NCBI RefSeq assembly: GCF_006345805.1
Contig: NC_043001.1
Location: 38,130,001-38,194,000, forward strand
Length of the DNA stretch: 64,000 bases
Origin: Octopus sinensis
Taxonomy: Eukaryota
Reading direction: 5' to 3'
Shown: positions 63,060 through 64,000 of the stretch, in pieces
Position numbering within the stretch: position 1 is the stretch's first letter
Layout: the number at the start of each line of letters is the position of its first letter
Notes under the pieces: model-generated
What the model saw: the letters and a program-made list of their open reading frames with translations, nothing else
What the model was told of the DNA's origin: nothing
Databases searched by the model: none
Translations under genes and position numbers: made by a program

Positions 63060-63890
63060 ATTCATCTTGGCTTAGGAAAAATGATTAAATCGTAGGGGTT
63101 AAGCCCCCATTAAGGGGTCTTACTAACCTCCTAAGAAGTTGAAATTTTAGGAATATTACTTCATTTGTTAAATATCTATGGTTAAAATCTCATCAACAGC
63201 AAAAATATATGAATTTTCATAAAGTTATGGCCTCATTTATGCCCCCTCACTTTCAGACATATACTGCATTACATCCGCTCTTATGCATAGAATATAATTT
63301 CCAAATTTCATAAAGATCCATTCAGTACTTTTGACCTTGTTTCGGTTCATAAAAAAATGACTAAAATTTGGGAGTTAAGGCTCCTATTAGAGGGTCTTAG
63401 AATCCTCATAAGAAGTGAAAACTTTGGGAATACTTCTTGATTTGTGTCAATTACCTATGGTTGAAATTTCATCAAATTCAAACCAAACATACTGCATTAT
63501 ACCCACCTTTATGCATAGAATCTTAGTTCTAGGTATCATAAGGATACATTCAGTAATTTTGATCCATGAAAAATTACTAAAATTTGGGGGTTAAGCTCCT
63601 ATTAGGGAGTCTTAGAATCATCCAAAGAAATGGAAATTTTGGGTATATTTTAAAATTTATTTTTAATACCTATGGTTTAAATTTCATCAAAATCCGAAGC
63701 ATATGAATTTTCACGGGGGTGGGGTTCTCCCCCTTTCTGCCTCCTTAAAATTGTATGAAACATACGGCATTAACCTTCTCCCTAGGCTTGGATTTTGTGT
63801 TCCAAATTTCATTAGGATCAGTCCAGTAGCTTTCAAGTCTATAACACAAGAACACACATAGACATTGACTTTTACATAATAGATGACTTC
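63060..63890. repeat. Helentron/DINE-1-like repeat with ~210-270 bp internal tandem units
   Basis: Three units starting gggg/ttaag...tta.gggtctta (~63095, ~63370, ~63585), each with ctatggtt.aaa(t/c)tcatcaa; terminal aaatttcat...cacatagac...aatagat. The family call is by resemblance only. Confidence 0.55.
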
Positions 63891-64000
63891 ATAGTGGTAG
63901 GTGTGTAAGCATGTGCATATTCTGTGTAAGTTAAGAAATGGTGACAAGTGAAAATTTTGTAAATATGATTATAAGTTTTCATCATATAGTAACTATAGGG

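Noticed and set aside
1-64000. CRISPR arrays, prokaryotic operons or defence systems
   Set aside because: The sequence is intron-containing animal DNA; no regular repeat-spacer array was seen.

Overview
AT-rich, microsatellite- and transposon-dense animal genomic DNA. The repeat repertoire (RTE LINEs with (GAT)n tails, tRNA/CORE-type SINEs, Penelope, piggyBac MITEs) looks cephalopod/octopus-like; this is an inference from repeat recognition, not a database result. One gene is well supported: a minus-strand nucleosome assembly protein 1 (NAP1L1/NAP1L4-like). I reconstructed 13 phase-consistent coding exons by hand (11011 to 396, 1089 nt = 363 codons); the last exon(s) lie off the left edge. 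A CpG-retaining zone with no recognised transposons (~15400-19450) holds its probable promoter(s), with NF-Y/E2F/E-box motifs and splice donors on both strands, so it may be bidirectional. The remaining ~45 kb is mostly decayed mobile DNA: RTE, CR1-like and R4/Dong LINEs, Penelope, mariner/Tc1, Tigger, Tc2-like and piggyBac MITEs, Helentron-like repeats and SINEs. It also holds a ~1.21 kb tandem duplication, a 260 bp local duplication, and short splice-signal-bounded segments that may belong to an unrecognised plus-strand gene. The best second-look candidates are two hammerhead-ribozyme-like cores (one downstream of a tRNA-type Pol III promoter, one at a Penelope 3' end), a twin-priming-type inverted RTE, nested piggyBac MITEs with an empty-site copy in the same window, and a degenerate ~66 bp repeat that reads as a ~22-aa peptide repeat. 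All coordinates were counted by hand; TE boundaries are approximate.
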